Shown: in pieces, positions 22,762 through 33,330 of the stretch | How positions within the stretch are numbered: position 1 is the stretch's first letter | Layout of the letters: the number at the start of each line of letters is the position of its first letter | From: Macrostomum lignano | Lineage: Eukaryota | Reading direction: 5' to 3' | Assembly: GCA_002269645.1 (NCBI GenBank) | Contig: NIVC01000150.1 | Coordinates: 682,001-746,000 of the forward strand | DNA length: 64,000 nt | The notes under the pieces: model-generated | Seen by the model: only the letters and a program-made list of their open reading frames with translations | What the model was told of the DNA's origin: nothing | Databases searched by the model: none | Made by a program: the position numbers and the translations under genes

Positions 22762-23650
22762 GTGTGTTTGTGAGGCCTTCATCAGTGCTGTGTCTGTAAG
22801 CCTTGACCCAGTGCTGTGTCTGTTTGTGAGGCCTTCACCAGTGCAAGTCTGTAAGCCTTGACCCAGTGCTGTGTCTGTTTGTGAGGCCTTCATCAGTGCT
22901 GTGTCTGTAAGCCTTGACCCAGTGCTGTGTCTGTTTGTGAGGCCTTCATCAGTGCTGTGTCTGTAAGCGTTGACCCAGAGTTGTGTCTGTGAGGGAGGCC
23001 TTGACCCAGTGTTGTGTCTGTGAGGGAGGCCTTGACCCAGTGTTGAGTCTGTAAGGGAGGCCTTGACCAAGAGTTGTGTCTGTGAGGGAGGCCTTGACTA
23101 AGAGTTGTGTCTGTGAGAGAGGCCTTGACCCAGAGTTGTGTCTGTGAGGGAGGCCTTGACCCAGTGTTGAGTCTGTAAGGGAGGCCTTGACCAAGAGTTG
23201 TGTCTGTGAGGGAGGCCTTGACCCAGAGTTGTGTCTGTGAGGGAGGCCTTGACCCAGTGTTGTGTCTGTGAGGGAGGCCTTGACCCAGAGTTGTGTCTGT
23301 AAGGGAGGCCTTGACCCAGAGTTGTGTCTGTGAGGGAGGCCTTGACCCAGTGTTGTGTCTGTAAGAGAGGCCTTGACCAAGAGTTGTGTCTGTGAGGGAG
23401 GCCTTGACCCAGAGTTGTGTCTGTAAGGGAGGCCTTGACCCAGAGTTGTGTCTGTGAGGGAGGCCTTGACCCAGTGTTGTGTCTGTGAGGGAGGCCTTGA
23501 CCCAGAGTTGTGTCTGTGAGGGAGGCCTTGACCCAGAGTTGTGTCTCTGAGGGAGGCCTTGACCCAGAGTTGTGTCTGTGAGGGAGGCCTTGACCCAGAG
23601 TTGTGTCTGTAAGGGAGGCCTTGACCCAGTGTTGTGTCTGTAAGGGAGGC
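22762..23650. repeat. 31-bp minisatellite (GAGGCCTTGACCCAGAGTTGTGTCTGTGAGG) with a 56-bp dimeric 5' part
   Basis: Directly visible. Confidence 0.95.
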
Positions 23651-24204
23651 CGGCTTTCCGACTAATAGACTTTAAAGCTAAATATTCGGGCCTTCAATAA
23701 AATTTCTGTTCAATATTTTAATTTAACTGGGTCTTCAAGCCGCACTTTTCGGTGATCGAATGACCAGAAAATATTATTCTGTCCCACGTCCGCGTCTAGT
23801 AAACAAGTAAGACTTCACGCCCATGATGATCTGGGGGATATCTCAGTCCAGCTGTTCCCGATCTCAACGCGTGCTCCAGCTCAATTTTCTTGCATAGGTA
23901 ATTCGATTCCTGATAGCTTGTCGGCTCCCGGGCGTTGAGGTGAGAGAGAAACGGGGGCGTTGCAGACGGCTCAGTCAGCGAGGGCAGGCCGTGAAGAAGG
24001 TCGAATTCCATAGCTAGGAAGTTTTTCTCCGAAACTGCCTTGTCAGTCACGTGATTTTCTTGCTTCCGTAGCTCGCGTGTTTGCAGTCTCCTGTCGGCGC
24101 CTGAGGTTGAGCACTTCTCTGCTGCTTGTCACTTCTTGTAAGCTCTGTAGTCATTACTGTCACTACTCTTGCTACACCCGTCACACTCTGCCTCTTCATT
24201 CTAT

Positions 24205-25040
24205 GATAGTCTTTTCACTCTATGGTAACCTTTTCACTCTATGATAACCTTTTCACTCTATGGTAGACTTTTCACTCTATGGTAACCTTTTCACTCTATG
24301 GTAACCTTTTCACTCTATGATAACCTTTTCACTCTATGATAACCTTTTCACTCTATGGTAGACTTTTCACTCTGTTAGTCTTTTTACTCTATGGTAGACT
24401 TTTCACTCTATGGTAGACTTTTCACTCTATGGTAACCTTTTCACTCTATGGTAACCTTTTCACTCTATGGTAGACTTTTCACTCTATGATAACCTTTTCA
24501 CTCTATGGTAGACTTTTCACTCTGTTAGTCTTTTCACTCTATGGTAGACTTTTCACTCTATGGTAGACTTTTCACTCTATGGTAACCTTTTCACTCTATG
24601 GTAGGCTTTTCACTCTATGGTAACCTTTTCACTCTATGGTAGGCTTTTCACTCTATGGTAACCTTTTCACTCTATGGTAGACTTTTCACTCTGTTAGTCT
24701 TTTCACTCTATGGTAGACTTTTCACTCTATGGTAACCTTTTCACTCTATGGTAACCTTTTCACTCTATGGTAGACTTTTCACTCTATGGTAACCTTTTCA
24801 CTCTATGGTAGACTTTTCACTCTATGGTAACCTTTTCACTCTATGGTAACCTTTTCACTCTATGGTAGACTTTTCACTCTATGGTAGACTTTTCACTCTA
24901 TGGTAACCTTTTCACTCTATGGTAGACTTTTCACTCTGTTAGTCTTTTCACTCTATGGGAATATTTTCCTCTATATTAGTTTTTTCACTTTATGGTAGAC
25001 TTTTCACCCAGCGAGCATGGTAGACTTTTCACTCTATGGT
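24205..25040. repeat. 20-bp minisatellite (TTTTCACTCTATGGTAACCT)
   Basis: About 40 copies; recurring short variant TTTTCACTCTGTTAGTC. Confidence 0.95.
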
Positions 25041-25124
25041 CACTCCTTTCCCGCTCTTAAGACCGTAAGAAGTTGATGAGCATTCGTAAGAAATTTCAAT
25101 ATAGAAACCAATTTCGATTTGCAG

Positions 25125-25266
25125 CCTTCTACCAAGTGGCCTTCCTGGTCGTCGAATGGCTTGCGCTGCTGGCCCTGTCGATGGTGTCCTACAAGCATTT
25201 GAAGCGATTAAACCGGATTAACACCGAGCCGTCTGTCCGAAATTACCTGCGCTGCACCGTTGTGCT
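25125..25266 (+). CDS. 7-TM protein, exon 5 (TM5 and loop)
   Basis: TTTGCAG|CC..GTG CT|GTGAGT; phase 1 to 2; SFYQVAFLVVEWLALLALSMVSY.. Confidence 0.8.
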
Positions 25267-25294
25267 GTGAGTCACGTCTTACATGACTTGCATG

Positions 25295-26245
25295 CCAAGA
25301 AACAAAGACTTGCTATCTGAGAAACAAAGACTGTTGCTATCTGAGAAACAAAGACTGTTGCTATCTGAGAAACAAAGACTGTTGCTATCTGAGAAACCAA
25401 GACTGTTGCTATCTGAGAAACAGAGACTGTTGCTATCTGAGAAACAAAGACTGTTGCTATCTGAGAAACAGAGACTGTTGCTATTATATCTGAGAAACAA
25501 AGACTGTTGCTATCTGAGAAACAGAGACTGTTGCTATCTGAGAAACAAAGACTGTTGCTTTCTGAGAAACAAAGACTGTTGCTATCTGAGAAACAAAGAC
25601 TGTTGCTATTTGAGAAACAGAGACTGTTGCTATTTGAGAAACAAAGACTGTTGCTATTATATCTGAGAAACAAAGACTGTTGCTATCTGAGAAACAGAGA
25701 CTGTTGCTATCTGAGAAACAAAGACTGTTGCTATTTGAGAAACAGAGACTGTTGCTATTTGAGAAACGACGACTGTTGCTATTTGAGAAACAGAGACTTG
25801 CTATTTGAAAAGTAAAGACTGTTGCTATTTGGGAAACAAAGACTGTTACTATTTGAGAAACAAAGACTGTTGCTATTTGAGAAACAAAGACTACGAGCCA
25901 TTGCTATTTGAGCGACCAAGACTGTTACTATTTGAGCGACAAAAAGTCGCTTGTTTGTCGCTGAAAACTGCTGCTCCGTCAGAGACAAAGACTGCTGCTC
26001 CGGCAGAGACAAAGACTGCTGCTCCATCAGAGACAAAGACTGTTGCTCCGGCAGAGACAAAGACTGTTGCTCCGTCAGAGACAAAGACTGCTGCTCCGGC
26101 AGAGACAAAGACTGTTGCTCCGGCAGAGACAAAGACTGTTGCTCCGTCAGAGACAAAGACTGCTGCTCCGGCAGAGACAAAGATTGTGGCTCCGGCAGAG
26201 ACAAAGACTGCTGCTCCAGCAGATACAACAAAGACTGCTGCTACT
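25295..26245. repeat. Two abutting 24-bp minisatellites (CTATCTGAGAAACAAAGACTGTTG then CTCCGGCAGAGACAAAGACTGTTG)
   Basis: Shared core ACAAAGACTG(T/C)TGCT; switch at ~25950-25970. Confidence 0.95.
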
Positions 26246-26819
26246 AAAGAAAGAAAAACAGTTTTCTGGCAAACAAACAAGAGTGAGGGAGAGAGAACTG
26301 GGGAGACAGGACCAGGAGACAAGAATGCTGTGAAATTGATTAATCGAGCGAAACCCTGTCCTGTGGCACTTTGACGGGCATTTTCATTGACGGAATGAAT
26401 TCGGGCAGTTTAGGCGGCAATGAATGAAGTGCAATAGTGCAGTCCAGTGCTGGATCTCGTATGAAAATAAATGCCAACAGCGGCGGTAGCAGTTCTGTTT
26501 GCAGTCTGGCAGGCGGTTTAGCTACCCAGCAATAGTGCTTGCGCCTGGCAGACAGATTTGGGTAGAGATTTCCGCAGGGGCGGCTTCCCAGCTGTTGATA
26601 TTATTTGCTAATTAGGACTAACTTAGGCTGAACCAATATAGTTTCATTATTGCGCAGCCTTTTCTGGAATCCTGGATGCCGAAGTAATCTTCTAATCATC
26701 GATTCCCGATCTCCACTTCTAGAATACTAAATTCTGTTTTCATCTTCTGGAATCCGAGCCCCGAAATTTCCTGAATCCCAGTCTAGAATCCAGAGTCTCC
26801 ATCCAAGCCTTTAGAGCTC

Positions 26820-27165
26820 CGATCTCAGGATCCCAATCCAAAATCCTAAAATCTTAATCCAAAATCCCAGCATCCCAATCCAAAATCCCAGAATCCCAAT
26901 CCAAAATCCCAGAATCCCAATCCAAAATCCCAGAATCCCAATCGAAAATCCCAGAATCCCAATCCTAAATCCAAGGATCCCAATCCAAAATCCCAGAATC
27001 CCAATCCAAAATCCCAGAATCCCAATCTAAAATCCCAGAATCCCAATCCAAAATCCCAGGATCCTAATCCAAAATCCCAGAATCCCAATCCAAAATCCCA
27101 GAATCTCAATCCAAAATCCCAGAATCCCAATCTTATATCCCAGAATCCCAATCCTAAATCCTACA
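26820..27165. repeat. 21-bp minisatellite (CCAATCCAAAATCCCAGAATC) built from 7-bp subunits
   Basis: Directly visible. Confidence 0.93.
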
Positions 27166-27947
27166 ATCTGCACCCGGATTACTACTACCCAAGATTTCGA
27201 TCCAACTTAGCCGCGATGGCCAGCTCTGTGATGTGCACTTTAGGATCGCATTGCAAAATATACTGAACGAATCCCTGCAGCACCGCGGGTCCAGGCTTAA
27301 TCCCTGGACAGCAGAGAGGTAGAGACGGTGGCATCCAGGCTTGTGTTTGCCAAAGTGCTTGAACTCTGCACTAGAGCAGCGGCTGGATAGTAGCCAGCAT
27401 CCCCAGCTTGAAATCGAAGGCGCAGAATCGCTGCCGGGTCGAGAAGCACTTTGCTGGTGCAAATCTTCTATTCCGACCCAATGCACCACAATCGACTCCC
27501 TCGGGTCCGGCTCTCGGAGACAGGCGACTGGCGCAGCTGTTCAACGCAGCTGAGGTCCCCTGGGGCGATTTTAGCTAAGTCGCTGCTTACAGCCTCTCCA
27601 TTAGCTGCATCAGATCAGTGTGCCCAGCTGGTCAAAGCTGGGACCAGCTTGAGAAACACAAATTTGTGTGTAATGCATTCGACAGAATCAGTTCAATTCG
27701 AGAAGTGAATCAAAACAAACCAATTTTTGGTAGCCTTCGTTGGGAAGCCTTGGCTGATTTTTTATAAACAAATTTCGCTAAGTTGCTGTCAATAAACGCC
27801 TGGATAGCAAGCGGGACGTGACTAATAAAAGGAAAAGTTAAAGTAGATAAAGCTTGGTTATTTAATTATTTCACTTCAAAAAAGTACAAATTTGTTTAAG
27901 TCAGCCACTGGCTGACTCTCCCTATCGGGAACAAGATTGAACACAGG

Positions 27948-28330
27948 ATTCTAGGATCTGGGATCCTGAGATCTGGGATCTGGGATCCTGGGATCTGGGA
28001 TCCTAGGATCCTGGGATCTGGGATTGGGATCTGGGATCTGGGATCTGGGATCTGGGATCCTAGGATTCTGGGATTGGGATCTGGGATCTGGGATCTGGGT
28101 TCTGGGATCTGGGATCTGGGATCCTGGGATCTGGGATCCTGGGATCTGGGATCCTGGGATCTGGGATCCTGGGATCTGGGATCCTGGGATCTGGGATCTG
28201 GAATTGGGATCTGGGATCTGGGTTCTGGGATCTGAGATCTGGGATCTTGGATCTGGGATTCTGGGATCTGGGATCTGGGATCTGGGATCCTGGGATCTGG
28301 GATCTTGGATCTGGGATCCTGGGATCTGGA
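27948..28330. repeat. 7-bp repeat (GGGATCT / GGGATCC)
   Basis: Directly visible; ends ~50 bp before the exon-6 acceptor. Confidence 0.95.
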
Positions 28331-28382
28331 AGTTTGTAGACCCAGCAAATGTGACTCGAGTGCAACAACCTCCGAATTGCAG

Positions 28383-28638
28383 TAGCGTCCTTGTGTTCGC
28401 CTTCGGGAGCCTCATCAACCTGGCCTACTGGCTATTCCTGCGCAGCTCCAGCGCCGCCTCCTGCTCCGGGGTGTTCAATCACGACCTCCGGGTTTACCTG
28501 CCTGTGCACTCCATTGTGGTCGTCACCGCTCACCTGCTGCCTTCCCTAGCCGTGCTCATCCTGTTCTACCAGGACGCTATCGAGTACAAGAAGATACACG
28601 AGATGGAGCGGCAGCGGCTGCTGGGACAGTGCGAACGG
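28383..28638 (+). CDS. 7-TM protein, exon 6 (TM6-TM7)
   Basis: TTGCAG|T AGC..GAA CGG|GTGAGT; phase 2 to 0; SVLVFAFGSLINLAYWLFL..HLLPSLAVLILFY. Confidence 0.85.
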
Positions 28639-29136
28639 GTGAGTCTGCTGCACCCGTTTGGGTCCTTTAATCTGGGCTTCGTGTGAGTTGTGCGCCTCAA
28701 ACAATCTATGCGCATCGAGGTGTGAAATTGTTGGGGGGCTCGACAGACATCCCAACCCCAAGTGTAACAAGTAAAAGGTTTTTGTTTCATGGTTAAAAAG
28801 TTTGTTAAATCAGACATGCGTTCTTCGTTTGAATAAATCCCAAAAACATGATCCGAATTTCGTGTCCGCGGTAACACCCTGAAAAAGATCTGTTTTGATT
28901 CCGCTTCCTGCTCAAACGTCGGGCGAATCAGATGTCAGCTCGAGCTGCTTTGAGCATCGCGTGAGCGACCTTGACGTGCCACGCCCCCAGTTCCAGGAAT
29001 AGCCGCTCTGCACTTCAATCTGTTTTTTCCGCTTTTAGCTTTAGCGAAAAGTGTTTTAGAATTCGAAATTTTCTTTGTTGTCGTCAGTTTGGTTAGAAGT
29101 GCATCGAACAGGCTGCAGGATCTGGATCTGGTATCC

Positions 29137-30048
29137 TCCCAGATCTTCAGCTGCTGAGCCAGCCTCCCAGATCCTCAGCTGCTGGGCCAGCCTCCCAGAT
29201 CCTCAGCTGCTGGGCCAGCCTTCCAGATCCTCAGCTGCTGGGCCAGCCTCCCAGATCCTCAGTTGCTGGGCCAGCCTCCCAGATCCTCAGCTGCTGGGCC
29301 AGCCTTCCAGATCCTCAGCTGCTGGGCCAGCCTCCCAGATCCTCAGCTGCTGGGCCAGCCTTCCAGATCCTCAGTTGTTGGGCCAGCCTTCCAGATCCTC
29401 AGCTTCTGGGCCAGCCTCCCAGATCCTCAGCTGCTGGGCCAGCCTCCCAGATCCTCAGCTGCTGGGCCAGCCTTCCAGATCCTCAGTTGTTGGGCCAGCC
29501 TCCCAGATCCTCAGCTTCTGGGCCAGCCTCCCAGATCCTCAGTTGCTGGGCCAGCCTCCCAGATCCTCAGCTGCTGGGCCAGCCTCCCAGATCCTCAGCT
29601 GCTGGGCCAGCCTCCCAGATCCTCAGTTGTTGGGCCAGCCTTCCAGATCCTCAGCTGCTGGGCCAGCCTCCCAGATCCTCAGCTGCTGGGCCAGCCTCCC
29701 AGATCCTCAGTTGCTGGGCCAGCCCCCCCCCAGATCCTCAGTTGCTGGGCCAGCCCCCCCCCCCAGATCCTCAGTTGCTGGGCCAGCCCCCCCCCCAGAT
29801 CCTCAGCTGCTGGGCCAGCCTCCCAGATCCTCAGTTGCTGGGCCAGCCCCCCCCCCCAGATCCTCAGCTGCTGGGCCAGCCTCCCAGATCCTCAGTTGCT
29901 GGGCCAGCCCCCCCCCCAGATCCTCAGTTGCTGGGCCAGCCTCCCAGATCCTCAGTTGCTGGGCCAGCCTCCCAGATCCTCAGTTGCTGGGCCAGCCTCC
30001 CAGATCCTCAGTTGCTGGGCCAGCCTCCCAGATCCTCAGTTGCTGGGC
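29137..30048. repeat. 28-bp hairpin minisatellite, locus 1 (CCTCCCAGATCCTCAGTTGCTGGGCCAG)
   Basis: About 32 copies; poly-C variants at 29720-29920. Confidence 0.97.
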
Positions 30049-30173
30049 ACAATTATTAATCAAGCAGTGCTTCCTTACCTTTCCTTCTTTCCCTTAACCT
30101 CTGTTCAGTCTTCAGCCGCTTAGCTGCTATTAAAGAGCCCCACTAATCCCATATTCGAAATGCGCCTCCTTAG

Positions 30174-30386
30174 ACGGCATCTCTCAGGTCCCCCACGGTC
30201 TACGCCAGCCTGGAAGCCTCGTCGGGCAATTCAGAGAGTCGCCACAACGGCCTATTGGCCTCTGCCAGCTGGCTGGCGCAGTCCGCCGAGTTCAAAGTGG
30301 TCTGGAAGGGCGCCCTGCATCGCTCCGAACACTTTGGCGGTCCCGGACAAACTGTCTGCGACTTTGTGCGCCCCTCCGCGCTTTAA
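30174..30386 (+). CDS. 7-TM protein, candidate alternative last exon 7a
   Basis: CTAAT branch-like site, CCTCCTTAG|ACG phase-0 acceptor, 70 GC3-rich codons to TAA (TASLRSPTVYASLEASSG..VRPSAL*). Not in the ORF track because it lacks a start codon. Confidence 0.5.
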   Translation, partial: TASLRSPTVYASLEASSGNSESRHNGLLASASWLAQSAEFKVVWKGALHRSEHFGGPGQTVCDFVRPSAL

Positions 30387-30499
30387 ACCTAAAAAAGAGC
30401 TTTCGTGCGGGTTTTTGGGAATTTCCTGGCTGGCATCCGCTTTGAGACCAACATTTATCTGCTGAAGAGTAGGGAGACTGAGGGACCCGGAGGTAGATC

Positions 30500-31390
30500 A
30501 GAGAGTAGACAGATAAAAAGAAGAAAGTCAACAAACAGATGGGGAGAGTAGGCAGGTAGATGGAGAGAGTAGATTGGTAGATGGGGAGAGTAGAATGGTA
30601 GATAGGGAAAGGAGACAAGTAGATAAGAGAGAGTAAAGAGGTTGATGGGAGAGAGTAGACTGGTTGATGAGAGAGAGTAGACTGGTAGATGGGGAGTGTA
30701 GAATGGTAGATAGGGAAAGGAGATAAGTAGATAAGAGAGAGTAAAGAGGTTGATGGGAGAGAGTAGACTGGTAGATGGGAGAAAGTAGACTGGTAGATGG
30801 GAGAGAGTAGACTGGTAGATGGGGAGAGTAGACTGGTAGATGGGAGAGAGTAGACTGGTAGATGGGAGAGAGTAGACTGGTAGATGGGAGAGAGTAGACT
30901 GGTAGATGGGAGAGAGTAGACTGGTAGATGGGGAGTGTAGAATGGTAGATAGGGAAAGGAGATAAGTAGATAAGAGAGAGTAAAGAGGTTGATGGGAGAG
31001 AGTAGACTGGTAGATGGGAGAGAGTAGACTGGTAGATGGGGAGAGTAGAATGGTAGATAGGGAAAGGAGATAAGTAGATAAGAGACAGTAAAGAGGTTGA
31101 TGGGAGAGAGTAGACTGGTACTCGTAGATGGGAGAGAGTAGACTGGTAGATGGGAGAGAGTAGACTGGTAGATTGGGAGAGTAGAATGGTAGATGGGGAG
31201 AGTAGAATGGTAGATAGGGAAAGAAGATAAGTAGATAAGAGAGATTAAAAAGGTTGATGGGAGAGAGTGGACTGGTAGATGGGAGAGAGGAGACAAGCAG
31301 ATAACAAGAGAGTAAAGAGGTAGATGGAAGAGAGAGCAGACAGGTAGATAGGAGAGTAAAGAGGTAGATGGGAGAGAGTAGCCAGGTAGA
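30500..31390. repeat. Purine-rich 22-bp minisatellite (GATGGGAGAGAGTAGACTGGTA) with longer composite units
   Basis: Directly visible; AGAATGGTAGATAGGGAAAGGAGATAAG blocks recur. Confidence 0.9.
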
Positions 31391-31854
31391 TATACGTATC
31401 GAAAGTTTATTTCTGAAGATAATTCTAGATAAGTTTTGAGTTTTATGTCCATAATCTTTTGATAGTAAGAAATGTTTTGATAAAATTTAGTTGAGAACCT
31501 CGCTCGTGTAAATATGGTTGCTATTATAATTGTTTATATTATTACATCAGCTTAGCACTGATAAGCTCATATCTGCTTAAGTGAACTCAATAATGCGAAT
31601 ACGCACTGTCTCTTACGGTAAGTCTAAATAGCAATTTATGCACGGATCTTTTACTATTAGTAGTTCGGTGACGCTTAATGCTGATAAAAAACGAGTACAA
31701 ATTCTGTTTTCGTTCGATTGTTTAATATTTGTAGAGAATTGTATGTAAACGTTTGAAAAACTATAAATAACTGCAGGATAAAATCTTTAAATTTACGCGT
31801 TCTTGTCAGTGGTTTTTTGACACCTAAATGGAGCATTATCAGGAAGTATGGGTA

Positions 31855-31965
31855 AAAAGGGAGAGAGGAGGGTAAAGAGGGAGAGAGGAGGGTAAAGAGG
31901 GATAGAGGAGGGTAAAGAGGGAGCGAGGAGGGTAAAGAGGAGGGGAGGATCAAGAGAGACAGGGG
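31855..31965. repeat. 20-bp repeat (GAGGAGGGTAAAGAGGGAGA)
   Basis: About 4-5 copies. Confidence 0.85.
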
Positions 31966-32185
31966 AGGATTGAGATGAAGTTTGGAGGGAATTTCTGCGC
32001 GTATAAGTGAAAATCGAGGGCAGAAAAACAAAAGAACGATTTATTCACGATTTTTAACACTTACATTTTTTAAACCCTAAAGCAAGAAATATTTTTATAC
32101 TCAAGCAAAAGCAAAGAAAATTGTCGCTCTCTCTGCTGCAGTTTCACGATCTCAAGCCACCCAACCCCACTCCCATTTCCTGCAG

Positions 32186-32449
32186 TTGTCGGCCTCGGCG
32201 GCGGCAGACCAAGGTTCGATCTCCCCTACCCGGTCTCTCTACCGGCCCGTCTACGCCGGCATCGATCCGCAGCTGGCCGAGGGCGTGAGCCCCGCCGCCG
32301 ATCCCCTGTTCCCCGTTGCTGACCAGGCCGGCTTCTATCAGGCCACAGCCTGCTCGTTTCTGGACCCGATCCAGGAGCTGGAGGAAACGGCCACGGTGAG
32401 CACGGGAAGCCGGCCCAACAGCGGAGCCTATCTGGTTAATAATGCTTGA
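32186..32449 (+). CDS. 7-TM protein, last exon 7b (total ~390 aa)
   Basis: TTTCCTGCAG|TTG phase 0; GC3-rich; ends TGA. Confidence 0.7.
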   Translation: MSASAAADQGSISPTRSLYRPVYAGIDPQLAEGVSPAADPLFPVADQAGFYQATACSFLDPIQELEETATVSTGSRPNSGAYLVNNA

Positions 32450-32789
32450 GTTTGAGCTGATCTAACTCCGATTGAGTCTTCTGAGGAAACAAACTGAGAC
32501 TTGTGGACTTTGGTCTATCTATGCATTATGGATTGTCTCTGCTCCATTCAGTTACGAAGGAATTTTTTACTACTGTTTTTGGCTATGTTTTTATGATAAG
32601 TCAACCTCTGACTAACAAATTATTCTAGTCAAGAAACTTTGGTCTGTGTTTTAGTACCTCTATTTGTCTTTCTGTTCACTTGTTTTTAAAAAAATTTTCG
32701 ATGAGCTCTCGCTCATTTTGACTTTAAGGGCTATCTACTTTGTCATAGTATACTCGTAAAACCCTAACACATAGGGGTGGTATGCTCCT

Positions 32790-33330
32790 CATCCAAACCA
32801 AAAACAGATTTTATTGGCGTTTTGGAAATATATAAGACATAGGCAAGTTGGTTGTCGCGGGCTTCTCTACCCCTGCTTCCTCTTTCCTATCCAAGCCAAC
32901 ACTGATTTTATTGGTGTTTTGGAATTAGATAAGATCCAGGCCAATTGGGGTGCTGGGGCCTCCTCTACCCCTGCTTCCTCTTTCCTATCCAAGCCAACAC
33001 TGATTTTATTGGTGTTTTGGAATTAGATAAGACCCAGGCGAGTTGGGGTAGTGGGCTTCTCTACCCTGCTCTCTCTTTTCTATCCAAGCCAACACTGATT
33101 TTATTGGTGTTTTGGAATTAGATAAGACCCAGGCGAGTTGGGGTAGTGGGCTTCTCTACCCTGCTCTCTCTTTTCTATCCAAGCCAACACTGATTTTATT
33201 GGTGTTTTGGAATTAGATAAGACCCAGGCGAGTTGGGGTAGTGGGCTTCTCTACCCTGCTCTCTCTTTTCTATCCAAGCCAACACTGATTTTATTGGTGT
33301 TTTGGAATTAGATAAGACCCAGGCGGGTTG
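32790..33330. repeat. 95-bp tandem repeat with two internal stem-loops per unit
   Basis: TATCCAAGCC at 32888, 32986, 33081, 33176 and 33271. Confidence 0.93.

Noticed and set aside
25805-26374. Mucin-like ETKTAAPA repeat protein
   Set aside because: Translation of the intronic 24-bp array; no splice sites link it to the gene and it would disrupt the TM topology.
30292-31452. 386-aa minus-strand ORF
   Set aside because: Translation of the purine-rich 22-bp minisatellite.
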